In this document: in pieces, positions 1 to 14,000 of the stretch | Layout: every line of letters begins with the position of its first letter | Numbering within the stretch: position 1 is the first letter of the stretch | NCBI GenBank assembly: GCA_003427395.1 | Contig: BFEA01000038.1 | Span: 3,812,869 to 3,876,868 of the forward strand | Origin: Chara braunii | Lineage: Eukaryota; Plantae; Charophyceae | Length of the DNA: 64,000 bases | Direction: 5' to 3' | The notes under the pieces: model-generated | Databases searched by the model: none | What the model saw: the letters and a program-made list of their open reading frames with translations, nothing else | What the model was told of the DNA's origin: nothing | Position numbers and translations under genes: made by a program

Positions 1-99
1 CTCCAGCTGCTGCCACGTCCGGCGCCCATCTCTGTAAGGTAATCCTCGTCCTCCTCTTGCTCCTCCCGCTCCTCCTCCTCGTCCTCCTCCACCTCCTCC

Positions 100-1262
100 A
101 TCTCCTTGTCCTCGTCAAGTCCGATCGTCGTCACGCGGCTGCCACGTCAGCACGCGTAACCCTTTTTTTTTCCATTTTTTTTTTAATCTTCTTCTTCTTC
201 GTCTCTTCTTCTTCTTCTTCTTCTTCTTCTTCTTCTTCTTCTTCTTCTTCTTCTTCTTCTTCTTCTTCTTCTCCTCCTACTCCCCCTTGTCGTCGTCGTC
301 CTCCTCCTCCACCTCGTCCTCCTCCTCGTCCTCCTTGTCCTCCTCGACCTCCTCCCTCTCCTCCTCCTCGTCAAGTCGGACCGTCGTCCCACGGCTGCCA
401 TGTTAGCACGGTCGACCCTTTTTTTTTCGTTTTTTTTTTATCTTCTTCTTTTTCCTCTCTTCTTCGTCACATCTTCTTCTTCTTCTTCTTCTTCTTCTTC
501 TTCTTCTTCTTCTTCTTCTTTTTTCCTCCTACTCCTCGTCGTCGTCATTGTCCTCCTCCTCGTTCTCTTCCTCCTCCTCCTTGTCCTCCTCCACCTCCTC
601 GATCTCATCCTCCTCGTCAAGTCTGATCGTCCTCGCGCGATTGCCACGTCAGCACGCGCGACCTTTTTTTTTCCGTTTCTTTTAATATTCTTCTTCTTCT
701 TCTTTTTTATATCTTCTTCTTCTTCTTCTTCTTCTTCTTCTTCTTTTTTTTTTTTTTTTTTCCTCCTACTCCTCGTCGTCGTCCTCCGCGTCCTCGTCCT
801 CCTCCTCCTCCTCCTCCTCCATCTCCTCCTCCTTGTCAAGTACGGTCGTCGTCGCGCGGCTGCCATATCAGCACGCGCGACCTTTTTTTTTCGTTTTTTT
901 TTTAATCTTCTTCTTCTTCTTCTTCTTCTTCTTCTTCTTCTTCTTCTTCTTCTTCTTCAGCATATCTTCTTCTTCTTCGACATATCTTCTTCTTCTTCTT
1001 CTTCTTCTTTTCCCCGTACACCTCCTTGTCCTCCTCCTCCTCCTCCTCATCCCCCTCCTCCCCCTCGTCTTCCTCCTTCTTCTCCTCCCTCTCTACCTCC
1101 TACACCTCCATCTCCTCCTCCTCGTGAAGTCCAATCGTCGTCGCGCGGCTGCCATATTAGCACGCGTGACCTTTTTTTTCGTTTTTTTCTTACCTTCTTC
1201 TTCTCTCCCCTGTCATCTTCGTCTTCGTCGTGCGGCTGCCACGTTAGCACACTTTTTTTTTT
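100..1262. repeat. Composite tandem repeat: ~60-bp core plus poly-T, (TCT)n and (CCT)n; about 5.5 units of ~220-290 bp
   Basis: Core CCTCGTCAAGTCCGATCGTCGTCRCGCGGCTGCCAYRTYAGCACGCG recurs near 108, 365, 611, 829 and 1119, and partially at 1225. Confidence 0.85.
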
Positions 1263-1515
1263 TAATTTAATAAATATTCTTCTTCTTCTTCTTCATGTAC
1301 TCTTCGTTTTCTTCTTTCCTCCACCTCCTCCTCCTCCTATCGTCATCTTGTACTTCTTCTTTATTTCCTCCTCGCCGTCTTCTTCTTGTCTCCTCCTCCT
1401 CCTCCTCGAACTCAGGTGTCGTCTTCGTCTCTCTCTCTCTCTCTTTCTCTNNNNNNNNNNNNNNNNNNNNNNNNNNNNNNNNNNNNNNNNNNNNNNNNNN
1501 NNNNNNNNNNNNNNN

Positions 1516-1584
<69 letters not shown>

Positions 1585-2160
1585 TTCTTCTTCTTCTTCC
1601 TCCCCCTCCCTCATTCTCCCCGTCTCTCCTCGTTCTCCCCCTCTCTCTCCTCATTCTCCCTCTCTCTTTCCTCGTCCTCCCCCGGTCTCTCTCTCTCACA
1701 CACACACACACATTTCTTCTTCTTCTTCTTCTTCTTCTTCTTCTTCTTCTCGTTCTTCCCCTCTCTCTCCTCGTTGTCCCTCTCTCGCTCCTCGTTTTCC
1801 CCCTCTCTCTCCCCGTTACCCCCTCTCTCCCCTTGTCCTCCCCCGGTCTCTCTCTCTCTCTCTCTCACAAACACACACACACACCCCTTTCTTCTTCTTG
1901 TTCTTATTGTTCTTCTTCTTCTTCTTCTTCTTCTCTTCTTCTTCTTCCTCTCCTCGTCCTCCATCTCCTCCCCCCCCCATCCCCTGTTTTTCACTTCTCT
2001 CTCTCTCTCACACACACAGGACACACACGCAATTCTTCCTCTTCTTCTTCTTCTTCTTCTTTGTCTTCTTCTACTTCCTCTCCTCCTCCTTCATCGCCTC
2101 CTCCTCAGGCTCCCCTTCCCTCGTCCTCCCCCACCTCCATGTTTTTTTTTTCCTTTTTTT
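1263..2160. repeat. Microsatellite/low-complexity block: (CT)n, (CA)n, (TCT)n, with an assembly gap
   Basis: Directly visible; N run at 1451-1515. Confidence 0.95.
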
Positions 2161-2586
2161 TATTCTCCCTCGAAATTGGCGTTTCTTCTTCCTCTTGTTC
2201 TCGCAGGTGCATCGTAGCGCTTGCCACATGATCCGTTGTTTCCTCCGCACCTGCCAGGTAAGCGGCCACTATGACAACAGCAGCCAAGTGAGCAGCAACC
2301 TGTCTAGCAGCAGCCTCGTTAGCATCTACCACGTCTGCAGCTGACACGACCCTTGCCACGCCACCAACTCCCACATCGCTATGTGTCACGTCTGCACTTG
2401 CAACATCAGCAGCAGCCACATCAAAAGCCACTGCACCTTCCAATGCCAGCTCTCGCCACAACATCAAAAGCAGCAGCCACGTCAACAACAACCACATCAG
2501 CAACTCGTCTGCACTGACTCTGCAGCATCACCGGTGTCATGGCAGGGGAGCAACAGGACCCGTTCCGGGAGGACATAACCTGCAAT

Positions 2587-4590
2587 TGGGACCACGTCGT
2601 GTGGACTTGGGTCACTCCTGACCAGATGCTGTCGGGCAATGCTTGTGGATCGAGAAGACTGCGGTAAAAACTCTGCAACAAGGAGTACTCCCGGAATCGG
2701 TAGCGTGCTTGGGAGCACTTCATTTTGGCGAGGGCGTGTGTCAGGTGTCCACATTCAAACCTGTTCATTTGGAGGAGGCTGCATGGCATCAGTGTACAAC
2801 TGCCACCAGACTTACATGAGAGGGTGTAGCGTGTGTTGGAGATGGAGAAGAGCGACGAGGAGGACAATCCTGTTCTGGGTGGAGAAGAAGCGGGCGAAGG
2901 CGGGATTGCTGAGGATCCGTGGAAGGCACCTGGTGGGGACACTAGGGAGGTTGACATCGTTGGGGATGAGGGGATGAGGGTTTTGTGACACGTGGCCTTG
3001 CTACCGCTGGGAGGTCTGGTTCCTCGCAGGCTGTGGTGCAGGGGGCGCGCACACGTGGCCCAGCGAGGCAGATGAGCATCAGGAGGTTTGCAAAGAACCC
3101 GAGGCAGAAGGACGTGGATGACTCCTGCTGCGAGTTCTTCGTGGAGAACGCGATCCCTTTCAACGCCGCCAGAAGCAGGAGCTTCAAAAACTTCATGCTG
3201 ACGTGTATCGGGCCACAACCTGTGGGGAGTCACCCACTCGTGCCTACTGGGTACAACCCCCTTAGGTGTCGCCTGCTCGATTGTTTGAACAAGAGGTTGG
3301 TGGTTGAGGAGCAGGTGATCCGTGACGACAGACAGGTGACTGGCTGCATGTTCATAACTGATGGCACCACAAACATTTGTGGGCGATCACTTATGAACTG
3401 CATCCTTGCAGGCCGGTCGAAGCCTGTTTTCGTGAAGTGCGAGGATGTGAGTGAGGGAGACAAGGACTCAGCAGTTGTCGTTGTCGGGTGGAAGCGGTTC
3501 TTTAGAGAGTGGGGGGTGGAGAAGATCACATCGATATGCACTGACTCTTTCGCCGGGAACACGAGTGTCGCGAAGATGTTGAGGGAGAACCCCGAGTTCA
3601 GGCAGATCTATTGGATCCCTTCCACAACTCATTGCATGGACCTCCTCATGCATGATATAGGCAAGAAGGAGTGGGCGGATGACATCATCATCAAGGCCAA
3701 CAAAATAGTGAACTTCTTCAGGGTTCACAGGTGGTCTCGGTCTCAGTTGAGGACGGAGCTGTTGAAGTACCTGCCTCCTTCGGCCTGCTCAAACAAGATT
3801 CGGGAGGAACTATGTGATGTTGCAGCGACTTGAGGTGTGCGAGAGGGCCATTGTGCGTATCGTCACGGGACACAGCTAGGAAACCATGTTGTGGCGAGGG
3901 GATATTAGGGGGAAAGCCTGCTTTGTGGAGGAGACAATTCTTGACAAAACATTCCGGGCTGATGTCAAGGAACTGAGTGTCGTCATAAAGGGGCCTTATG
4001 ATGTTTTGCGAGAGGCGGACAAAGATGTCCACTACTTGTCACGCATGTCTAATTTGGCGTGTCGGCTGCCCGACTTTGTTCGCTCGACCCCCCTCACCGC
4101 GGATCAGCGAGATAACCTTTTGAGGGATGTCGGCAACAAGACCGACATGTTGCTCAACCCCATCCACGCCGTTGCTCGACCGTTGGATCCTATGTTGAGG
4201 GACATTACTGTTTTCAGTAATGTCGACCTCATGGCACAGTCTGAGAGCGTTGTGGAGCGGCTCATTGGGAAGAAGGGGAGCTCGAGATTTGACGACTGCA
4301 TGGACCAGTTGTATGAGTCCCAGTTTGGGAGGGGAGTCTTCGACACCCCGAAGGCAAAAAAACGGGTTGAGAAGGATAATGCGGTGCTGGGGTGGGAAGC
4401 GAATGGTGCAGGGCGTCAAGAGATCTGGGACGTGGCGCTGAAGGTGCTCTCCATTTGGACGACTTCCTCTCCGACTGAGAGGAACTTGAGCACTTGGGCT
4501 CTTGTGCAGACGAAGTCCAGGAACAAGTGGCACCAGTAGCGCACCGAGAAATTGGTGGCCTCACACAGGAGCTTGAGGTTCAAGAGTAGG
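2587..4590 (+). pseudogene. hAT transposase (BED finger + DUF659-type DDE core + C-terminal dimerisation region), with stops and frameshifts
   Basis: BED remnant WDHV...R*KLCNKEY...WEHF...C from 2587. ORF 2985-3833 has FFVENAIPFNAA, FITDGTT, ICTDSFAGN and IYWIPSTTHCMDL. ORF 3886-4539 has LALKV-like WDVALKVLSIWTTSSPTERNLSTW..VQTKSRN. Confidence 0.9.
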
Positions 4591-5059
4591 GGGGAGGATG
4601 AACCCACTATTGCAGCAGGGTGGTTGGGGTTCACAACCGACTGGGAGGATGAGGACTTGGGGGGTGACATGGCAAATGTCACAGAGGTAGTTGATGACAT
4701 TGAGGTCGCTGGTGAGGGCACTGCTTCCGCGGTGGGCAGCACCAACATTCGTCACGATCCCACAACGTCGTCCATATCGAGATGGGCGCATAGGTTAGTG
4801 CAGGTGGAGGAGGCTGAGGATGCGGATGAGGCCGATGAGAACAATGAGGACGACGTCCCCGACGAGAAGTGGGTGGACGAGAGATCGGACTCATACAGAT
4901 CGTGGACGAGGAAAGAGGACATCGTCCCCTATGTTCAAGGCACACGATCTGGATTGAGGTCCCTAACTCAGGCGTGGACAGAGGGGCAGCAAGGGGAGGA
5001 TCCCTCGCGAAAGGCGTGTGCACATGCTCACTCGTCTAATCCGGTGAGACAGGAGGAGG

Positions 5060-5718
5060 ATAAGTAGCAGGGCAGGTTGAGGAGCAACAGAGGCCCGAGC
5101 AGCGGGAGCTGCACGATGAGGATGAGCAGCCTGCAGAGGAGCATCGGGAGCAACAGCAGGAGGAGCAACAGGAGCAGCAACAGGAGAAGCAAACGCATGA
5201 GAGGAGTGAGGAGCAGCAGCTGAAGCAGCAGCAAGGGGATGAGGAGCAACAGCAGCATGACAGGGATGAGGAGCAACAACAGCAGAGGGAGAAGGAGCAG
5301 CGGCAGCAGAGGGTGGATCCAGCAGACCAGCAGGAGACCGGAGTGCAGTCGGCCAAAGATGTGCACGGCGAGGGTGAGGCTGAGGGCGAGCACGGTCGCA
5401 GCGAGGTGCAAGGATTTTATGGTTCCAGTCTGCAGTCGCCTGTTGTTGGCCGACATGGAGCGCATCCTGGTCGTGTATGGGATCCCGCCGCCTATTGTGC
5501 TCCACGAGGGTGAGGGAGGTCAGCTGTTGGACGTGGGAGAGGGCACACTCATGTGGTTGCTCGAGACACGGGTGGGGTTGTGTGAGGCTCAGGACGTCCG
5601 AGAGGTCGGCCACGAAAAGAGAAACGACAGGAAGCGGCAGCAGCAGGACAGGAGTCAGATAATGACTCTCGTGAAAGTGCAGCACTGCAAAGGAAGAGGA
5701 GGAGGATGGAGTCTGCTG

Positions 5719-5773
<55 letters not shown>
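5060..5773. repeat. GAGCAGCAG-rich low-complexity tract followed by a (GA)n microsatellite at 5721-5773
   Basis: Directly visible. Confidence 0.85.
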
Positions 5774-5775
<2 letters not shown>

Positions 5776-6909
5776 TTCTTACACACTTAGACATCAACAC
5801 ACTCTGCAATGCATTGTCTGGTCCACACAGACACACAGACACGTTCAAGAAAGGGGTTTTCATGCTTCCATTGTGCTTCATGTTCCTTGCTAAACAGGCG
5901 AAATTGTTTCATTGTCGGGTTCTCCGAACTCCAGGGCTTTCGTTGTCTGTTAGAGGGGTTGCTTCATTGACTATGCTTCGATTTTGAATCTGCTGATCTT
6001 GGTGGAATGGGGGTTGTCTGTGTGTCTGTGTCTTTGTGTATGTTTGTCTATGTGTGTGTCTGTCTATGTGTATGCCCCCGTCAGGATTGTCGAGCCCCGG
6101 TCCTGGGGTCCGGGGGTGGGCACCCCCAACCCCGGCTCCAGACCCCTCCNNNNNNNNNNNNNNNNNNNNNNNNNNNNNNNNNNNNNNNNNNNNNNNNNNN
6201 NNNNNNNNNNNNNNNNNNNNNNNNNNNNNNNNNNNNNNNNNNNNNNNNNNNNNNNNNNNNNNNNNNNNNNNNNNNNNNNNNNNNNNNNNNNNNNNNNNNN
6301 NNNNNNNNNNNNNNNNNNNNNNNNNNNNNNNNNNNNNNNNNNNNNNNNNNNNNNNNNNNNNNNNNNNNNNNNNNNNNNNNNNNNNNNNNNNNNNNNNNNN
6401 NNNNNNNNNNNNNNNNNNNNNNNNNNNNNNNNNNNNNNNNNNNNNNNNNNNNNNNNNNNNNNNNNNNNNNNNNNNNNNNNNNNNNNNNNNNNNNNNNNNN
6501 NNNNNNNNNNNNNNNNNNNNNNNNNNNNNNNNNNNNNNNNNNNNNNNNNNNNNNNNNNNNNNNNNNNNNNNNNNNNNNNNNNNNNNNNNNNNNNNNNNNN
6601 NNNNNNNNNNNNNNNNNNNNNNNNNNNNNNNNNNNNNNNNNNNNNNNNNNNNNNNNNNNNNNNNNNNNNNNNNNNNNNNNNNNNNNNNNNNNNNNNNNNN
6701 NNNNNNNNNNNNNNNNNNNNNNNNNNNNNNNNNNNNNNNNNNNNNNNNNNNNNNNNNNNNNNNNNNNNNNNNNNNNNNNNNNNNNNNNNNNNNNNNNNNN
6801 NNNNNNNNNNNNNNNNNNNNNNNNNNNNNNNNNNNNNNNNNNNNNNNNNNNNNNNNNNNNNNNNNNNNNNNNNNNNNNNNNNNNNNNNNGTGTGTGTGTG
6901 TCTGTGTGT

Positions 6910-6940
<31 letters not shown>

Positions 6941-7756
6941 GGGGGGGGTGTTTTGGCGGGGGCGGGGGTTGGGTAGCCTTGCAGCGAGGATCCGGGGGTG
7001 AAACCCCTACCCCGGCTTGGGCCCCGGGGATCCCTGCGTGACAATGCTAACCCCCGTGTGTATGTGTGTGTGTGTGTGTGTGTGTTTAGGCCTGAACACG
7101 TTCGGGCGAACGTGTTTTCACGTTCGCCAGATTTTCAGGCTCGAGCACGTTCGAGCGAACGTGTTCTTGTTCGCCGACGAACGTGAATGGCATGCAACGC
7201 ATCACATATGTGTTTTTTTAGAGTTTTTTAATGATTTTTTAATTCTTCGTACGGGGGCATACAAGACATAAATGTTCCCGTACAGATATTACGTGTACAT
7301 TTCGTATGGAAAGACCTCGTACGTGTACGTTCGGTAACGTAGGTTCTTGCCAAGACAAAACTCAATTAACTTTTTAAATTTGCATAAATTCCGGTAAGAC
7401 TTCCTCCAGAGAAGTGTCATTCCAAAATTTGTAGAAAGTTAAATACAAAATATGAAAATGATTATGAGTTCACAAAGTCAAATTTTGTCTAACTCTCCTA
7501 GAAACGAAACCTTTCCAGATTTCTACTAAGCCAGATATAAAGCATAGACAAAAGTTGAACTTTGAAAAACCAAAATTTGACTTAACTCCTTGGTTTTGCA
7601 AGAAAATTGGCAGCACTTCCCTTTTACAAAAGAGACTTTTCAAAATTTATACAGAGTCAAGTGTGAAACATAAACTTAACTCAGAAAATGCAGGAACTGA
7701 ACTAACTTCCTAGGGCTCCAACATGTGGCGAAAATCTAAAGCAACTACCCATAAAT

Positions 7757-7757
<1 letters not shown>

Positions 7758-7791
<34 letters not shown>

Positions 7792-8021
7792 CAAAGAACC
7801 CATTTCTCACTAGAGGAGGTGATAAGAGCATCCCCTTTCAGCGGGCTTCCCTGTCGCTCCGATGTATTGGTGGGGATCTGCACCTGCTGGAAAACGGTTT
7901 AGTGTCCCTTCATACATGAAGCAGGTCTACCAACATTTGTTAACTATACAGGGGATTGAATGAGCAGGCGGTACGACAAGACACCAGAAAAACCTGCCAA
8001 TGGCAGGTGATGAGATGCGCT
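7758..8021 (-). mobile_element. Short poly(A)-tailed retroposon 3' end carrying the shared double-hairpin tail
   Basis: Poly-T at 7758-7787. The reverse complement reads TTTCCAGCAGGTGCAGATCCCCACCAATACATCGGAGC...GGATGCTCTTATCA, matching 50245-50320. Confidence 0.7.
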
Positions 8022-11000
8022 ATTTTTTTATTTTTATTTTTTAAATAAAGCAAAGCCCCTTTATATTCTAGGGGGAACCAGTCCAGTTACTTATCACCGA
8101 CAAGCAGAAAAATATTACAGGAAATAGGGAGCAAAGTAGTCATAAGGATCAAAAGTTGCTTTTCGAACAGCAATATACTAATTAAAGCACCAATCCTACC
8201 CAACAACTAAAAACACTTATGAAACCCCATACCTGCTCCCTCCATATTCTACAATATTTATAAATGTATCAGAAATAACAAAACCTGAAAAAATCACATT
8301 ATATACCGATAAATGAGCTAAGAAAAAGGCCTTGGGGGGAAATACCCTTATGAAATGGGAACTTGAAAATTAAAAAGAAACTGGACACGAGACACCGGTC
8401 TATATTTTAAACATCGGTAAGAAAAAGAAACAATCTTAGAAAGGAAACACACTACTGAACTTGACTCTAGAAAAGTGAACATCACGAACTTACCTACTAG
8501 GCGGATTAAACCACCTGAGGGGAGGGAGGGGGGGGATAACTCCTTACCTTATCCCTCTCCCCCTCTCCACCCCCCCCTTCTCTCAGGTTGGGGGGGGGGA
8601 TGGAGGGGTGGTTGGATGGGGATAAGTGTTTGAATCTGCGTAGCACTGTGTTCGCGTTCGGAGGCGAACGCAAACATGTTCGCCTGAATGCGAACAAGTG
8701 CCCAAAACCCTCCGAACACGAACATAAAAAATAAAAAATAAATAAATAACAAACATGTTCAGAAAACTCTGAAAACAATACATGTTATGTGAAATATTAA
8801 TACAAAAAACTTTTGCCTTAGAGTCATGTTCAAATTCTTAGCCAAGCATGAGTTAAAAATAAAAAACTGAAAGATATATTTTTTTATTTTTTTATTTTGT
8901 CTTTACGAAAAACAAATTACGTTCGCCCGAACATGTTCGCGAGCTGTTCGTGCGAACGAGCAAACATGTTCGCCGTGCTACGCATGTTTGAATAAATAAC
9001 TCGAAAATGTTAATTATGAAGCAGGTAATACAGTCCGTCGTCTAAACCATCATGAGAAACATCCGGTTCTTCTTGAGAGATACCCGAATGTACGGGCGTA
9101 TGCACCCCTTCCTTTTCCACCGACGGAGCTTGCCTAGAACTATAACTGTTACTCTCAATATTGAAAGTAACAAAATTTGGGAATGAAGATCAGGCTTGGA
9201 ACAAAAAAGATTCCACCTTAATACTCTGTGTCGCATGCCTCTGCGAGAAATCCGCTTGAAAACCCTGTCGAATATACAAAATAACCAGCCTCTTGAGATA
9301 AGTCAAAGAAGAAACCTTCTTCTGTCGAATACATTCATTCCTTGTGATCCACAAGGCAGCCATGACAGTCGCCCGGATGAACTCAGAAACATATAGCAAT
9401 CCTTCCACTCCTGTTTTCACATTCACGCCTAAAAGAACATCTGCCAACAGTCCTCAGAAAGAAGAAGAGGAGAAGGCCCCTTACACATTTCGGACCAATC
9501 CCACCCGAAAGCCCTATGAAGTGGACAACCACCGTCCTGTCCCTGTTAACTTGCACACCCGAGAAATACGAGAAAGTTGATAAACATTGTCTCAACTCCG
9601 TTAGCTGTCCCGTTTTGAGTTGCACCACTGCTGCCGAATCATCAACAAAAGCTGATGATCTAAGCTCCCCATTTCCAACTGGGAAACCTTGTAAAACGGG
9701 AGAAACCCTGATCATATCATACAAATGCTCAGCATAGATGACACAGAGGGTTGGAGAAAGAGAAAAAACATTGTCGGACCGAACGGGAATTAGACAAACT
9801 GTCAGATTGAAGCCCATTCATCTGTTCAACACCTTTTCCTGATGTGAGAAAAAGGGAGGTCCACAATCTGAACCCTATTTCAAAACCTCTTTGACGTATG
9901 CCCTCAATAAGGAACACCCAACGAACCCGATCATAAGTTTTTTCGAAATCTTGCAGGTTCATAACAAAACCGTCTTGGACCAAAGTAGCCTGTTCCAGAC
10001 TCTGCTAAGCAATCATAATATTATTATTGACCTGTCGACTAGGGGCAACTTGAAAACCAGTCTGAGTTGAATAAACAAGCAACCTCAAAACTTTTCCTTG
10101 GCAAGAAGCAAGATCCTTGGCACATATCTTATATAAATTAGTAAGTTTAGAAATGGGTCGCCAGTTCTAGATTTTCGCAGGGTCCCCTTTCTTATACAAG
10201 AGGATAACAATGGTTGTGGTAAAACCTTTTGGTAGGACCTACAATTCAGCCACCTAATTAAAAGCAACGGTAAGGAAGGGGGCTAGGAATCCCACCAGAT
10301 GTTTATAAATCTTGATGGGTAGACCATTATAACCTGGAGACTTACCAGAGGGAAGTTCAAAGATGGTTGCCCTTACCTCTTCCTTCGAGAAGGGAACATC
10401 CAACATATCAGCATGCTGTGGGGTTAAAAAACTTCTCACGTGCTGCCAGATATCATCTTGTGGAAGCGTTTCCATCTGATCTGCAGTGAAATTGGCTTAT
10501 TCAAAGAACATCCATTTATAATATTCAGAGGCATAGGATAAGATATCATGTGAGGAAGTAGTAGGATCATGTTGCGGATCAAAGGGGGTGCTTTAAAGTA
10601 GTCATCAGAGGGATCTTTTTCCCATACACCAGTTGCCTAAAAAACTTTGTCGTCATCCTTTTTCTAGTAATAATCCAAGTTGTCCTTGTAGAGGATTTTC
10701 GCTTAGTTGAGTCCTCCTCAAACCACTGCCGCCAAGCCAAGGCAACCTGATATCTTTCCGCCCACCATTTATCATCATCTCATCCTTGCGGAGGTTCATC
10801 CCCTAGATCCTTCAAGGCCTGGGCCAATTGTTCACCAAGTTGTCGATGCAACCGACGGTCTGCAGAAACCTGCTTCCTGCTAGTTCCCGGTATCCGCTAC
10901 GAACTAGGAAATATCTTCCATAAACCATTCTAGAAAATTAGTATTAAATTGACAAGACGCAATCCATTTACTCCAAAAGTCCTCCACTAAAAAGGAAAAG

Positions 11001-14000
11001 CATCGACGTGTAATTACCCAGGAAGGGATTGGGGGAGGGGGATAAACATGGTAGATACTCTGAGGATTAGCTATCTCTATTAAGACCATATGATGATCAG
11101 ATAGGGGTGTTGGAAGAAAATATACTTCTGTACAAAGATCAGCAAGAGAATCTACAACCCAAATGTGATGAATACGACTTCTAAGATGGCTCTGGTTGTT
11201 TCTAGAGGAGAACCAAGTAAAACGACGGTCACTATGAAACCTATGACGAAAGATGTCCACAAGTCGCAACTCAGCCATGGAGGTCAATAGGGTTTAGGCA
11301 TCAGACTGCTGCAGGCCGACGGTTGAACTATCAAGATTAAGGGCCTGACTCAATCACTGTGTTAAAATCACCTGCCAAAATACAATTACTCAAACATGGT
11401 AGACAAACCAGCAGGAACACCAAAACCGCTTTCGTTTCGTACGGTCCAAAGGGGCATACACAGTAGAGACAAGCCACTTCTCATAACCCAATATGACTAT
11501 AACCCACGCCCATCGCCCATGCGAATCTCAGTAAGAATCATGAATGACTCCTTGGAAATTCCGGGCAAAGAGGATAGCCACACCCCCCTAGGTCCCTTGA
11601 GTAGGAGCCCATACCTGTAGATCTTTCAACCAACTTGGAGACCATTTTGTTGTAACTCTAGACTCGTTGAACTTAGTCTCTTGAAGACACAAAATATGCA
11701 ACCTATTCTTTCTAAATAGTTGAGCAATGTCTCTTTGTTTAGTCAAGGCCGTCCAAGAAGAAAGACCATTGGCATTCGATGTTGCTAGTCTAAGAGTGTC
11801 CATCACAAAGCTACAAATTTGGAATTCCTGAGCCTACTGAATCAGATCGAAGACAAGCCACAGTTAATAGGGAGATGACTGTCAACAACATGGAGAACAA
11901 CTGTTGTCAGTGGAGGTAGTGAGTGATTTGGCTGCAAAGTGGGGCCAAAAATCAATGGAAAATGCACCCACTGACTATGCTGGACTAGAGGAACCATAGA
12001 ATGAGGAAAAATTGGCTCAACTCTGAAAAATGAGAACACAAAGAGAATTTCCAACCCAAATTGTATCGGCGGTAACAAGCGTACATTGGACTATGCTTGG
12101 AGTGAGGTTGCTCGGAAAGTAGGACCCATCTCATTCTTCACAACATGACCAATATCCACCATGAAAGGGATCCTTAGTGTCTCAAAAAAGGGCAGAGTTC
12201 CCAACACATTAGACGGTCCTTGGACAAGATTTGTGACAAGAATGAAAGACAAAGTGAGGTCTTCCTCCACCAAAAGATGAGAGGGAAAACGCAACACTTA
12301 CCCTGGTTGACCGCGTCCATAACTGGCTGTGTGTGCCAGTCAGCATAGGACTCGGAGTATTATTGTGGCTGAGTACCGTCGGCTCGAAAGTCATCTCCAT
12401 CTCTTCTGATATCATCATCGTGAGGATGATCATCATTAAGGACCAGAGAGGCCGAATCCGAAGGATGCAAGTCATCATCTGAAGGAGAGACCGCACAGGT
12501 CCTCGAAGTCGAGTGAGTGAAGGGAACACTTCTTCCAGAAACAACTGCTTTACCATGTCTAAAAGAGGGGTCCACCTCTCCTACCCTCGCCCTTCTTCCG
12601 TCGTCGTTGGCAACAATCGTCAAGACTATCCTCCGACTCTCTATAGTTCACAAAACGAACGTTAGGAAGACACTACCTTGAATGGCCGTGAGTATTGCTA
12701 CTAGTGTTGGTCAAATTGGTGTGATGAAACTGTGTCAACTCTTCATGGAGGAGAGCCTTCGTCACCCCATCCGACATTGTGCCACGTGGGCGTTTCCCAG
12801 ACAATGCAGAATCAGGCTCCGGACCAATTCGTGCATGTCTTTGAGTCTGTTTCCTTTTGTCGGAAGGTGAAAGATCTTTCGAGGAGTGAGAGCGTGAGGA
12901 CCCATTGTATGGGTTAGTTGTACATGGGCCAAAAGGATTGGGAACCTTACCCTCCTTCACCCCCCGACTTTGGGACTGCCCTCTCAGCCAATGCGAAAAC
13001 CTTCTTTTAACATGTCGGCAAAAAATAATTTGTTTCCTTTCTTTGCGAATAGCCTTCCGCCATCGGTGTTGTCGCTTTTTCTTCAAGAAAATGCGTTGTC
13101 TCCACCAGCTGGTCCATGTCTGATGGGTCATCCTTAGCCAATGAGCGGCCGCCCACTAGGCAACTTCTCTGCTCAAACATAGACCCAATAGATAACCCAC
13201 TAGGCATGCGATGGAGAGACTGAGAAGGAACCATGTCCTCAACTACAACAGGTTCATCACTCACCACATCATGTCTATCAACCAAACCCAACAAATTCGC
13301 TGTTAGTCGACACTCTTCTCGTTCCCTTGGAAGTTCCTCAACAACCAGATCCTCCGAACGTCTTGCCACCAATAGGCAAGCACTTTGTAGAGTCGTCAGT
13401 TTCACAGGCAACTCATCAAACATGTCATCAAAGGGTTGCTTTGAAATTCTTGTCTGCCCCCCCAAACGCAAATGATTCATGTTGCTTACGTTTTCCCACG
13501 GATTCCTCCATTCCCCTCCCAACTGAATGACCTGCACGCCTGCGCCCCTTGCATTTGACATGAATCATTGATGTATTTTTTGGTAAGATACAAAGTTCTT
13601 GCTCTTGGTGGCAATCAGGCGAAACATCAATCGATAAGTCGACTAAAGAAATTCAACTTAAAACCTTGAACTAACAAGTTCCAGAACATAGATCAATGAG
13701 AGGCCTCGAATTGGTATGAGCACAACCCCTTCCTTCCTAAAGGATGGGGCATTGCTCGGGGTCGATACTGTCCTATCCTTAACAGTGTCATGCGGAGAAG
13801 GTTCAAATTTGCGGAGGAAGTTCATCCTGAGGAGACTCAGAAGATCGTGACTCCTGCTCTTTTGTAGGTTCATCATCTTGTGAAAACGACATCTGCACAT
13901 GGGAAGCAGGACCCCCAAAATACTCCAAAGGCATACCATCCTTATCCAGCCAACCATCATTGAAATCATGAGAGAAACCATCTTCACGGCCACCGAGCAA

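Larger units (their letters stand above)
1..7342 (+). mobile_element. Decayed hAT DNA transposon, left end outside the window; contains the transposase pseudogene, microsatellites and two gaps
   Basis: Transposase motifs at 2587-4590. The segment 7097-7342 carries GTTCG/CGAAC and CGTAC arrays. It ends ...GGTAACGTAG, homologous to the right end of the TSD-flanked MITE ending at 17074 (...GCAATGTAG). Linking this end to the transposase is inference because a gap at 6150-6889 intervenes. Confidence 0.55.

Noticed and set aside
57-2344. Long ORFs (605, 349 and 281 aa and others)
   Set aside because: They are translations of stop-free microsatellites and N runs.
5984-7044. ORFs of more than 300 aa spanning a gap; likewise 38338-39065 and 40029-41321
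   Set aside because: Composed mostly of N bases.
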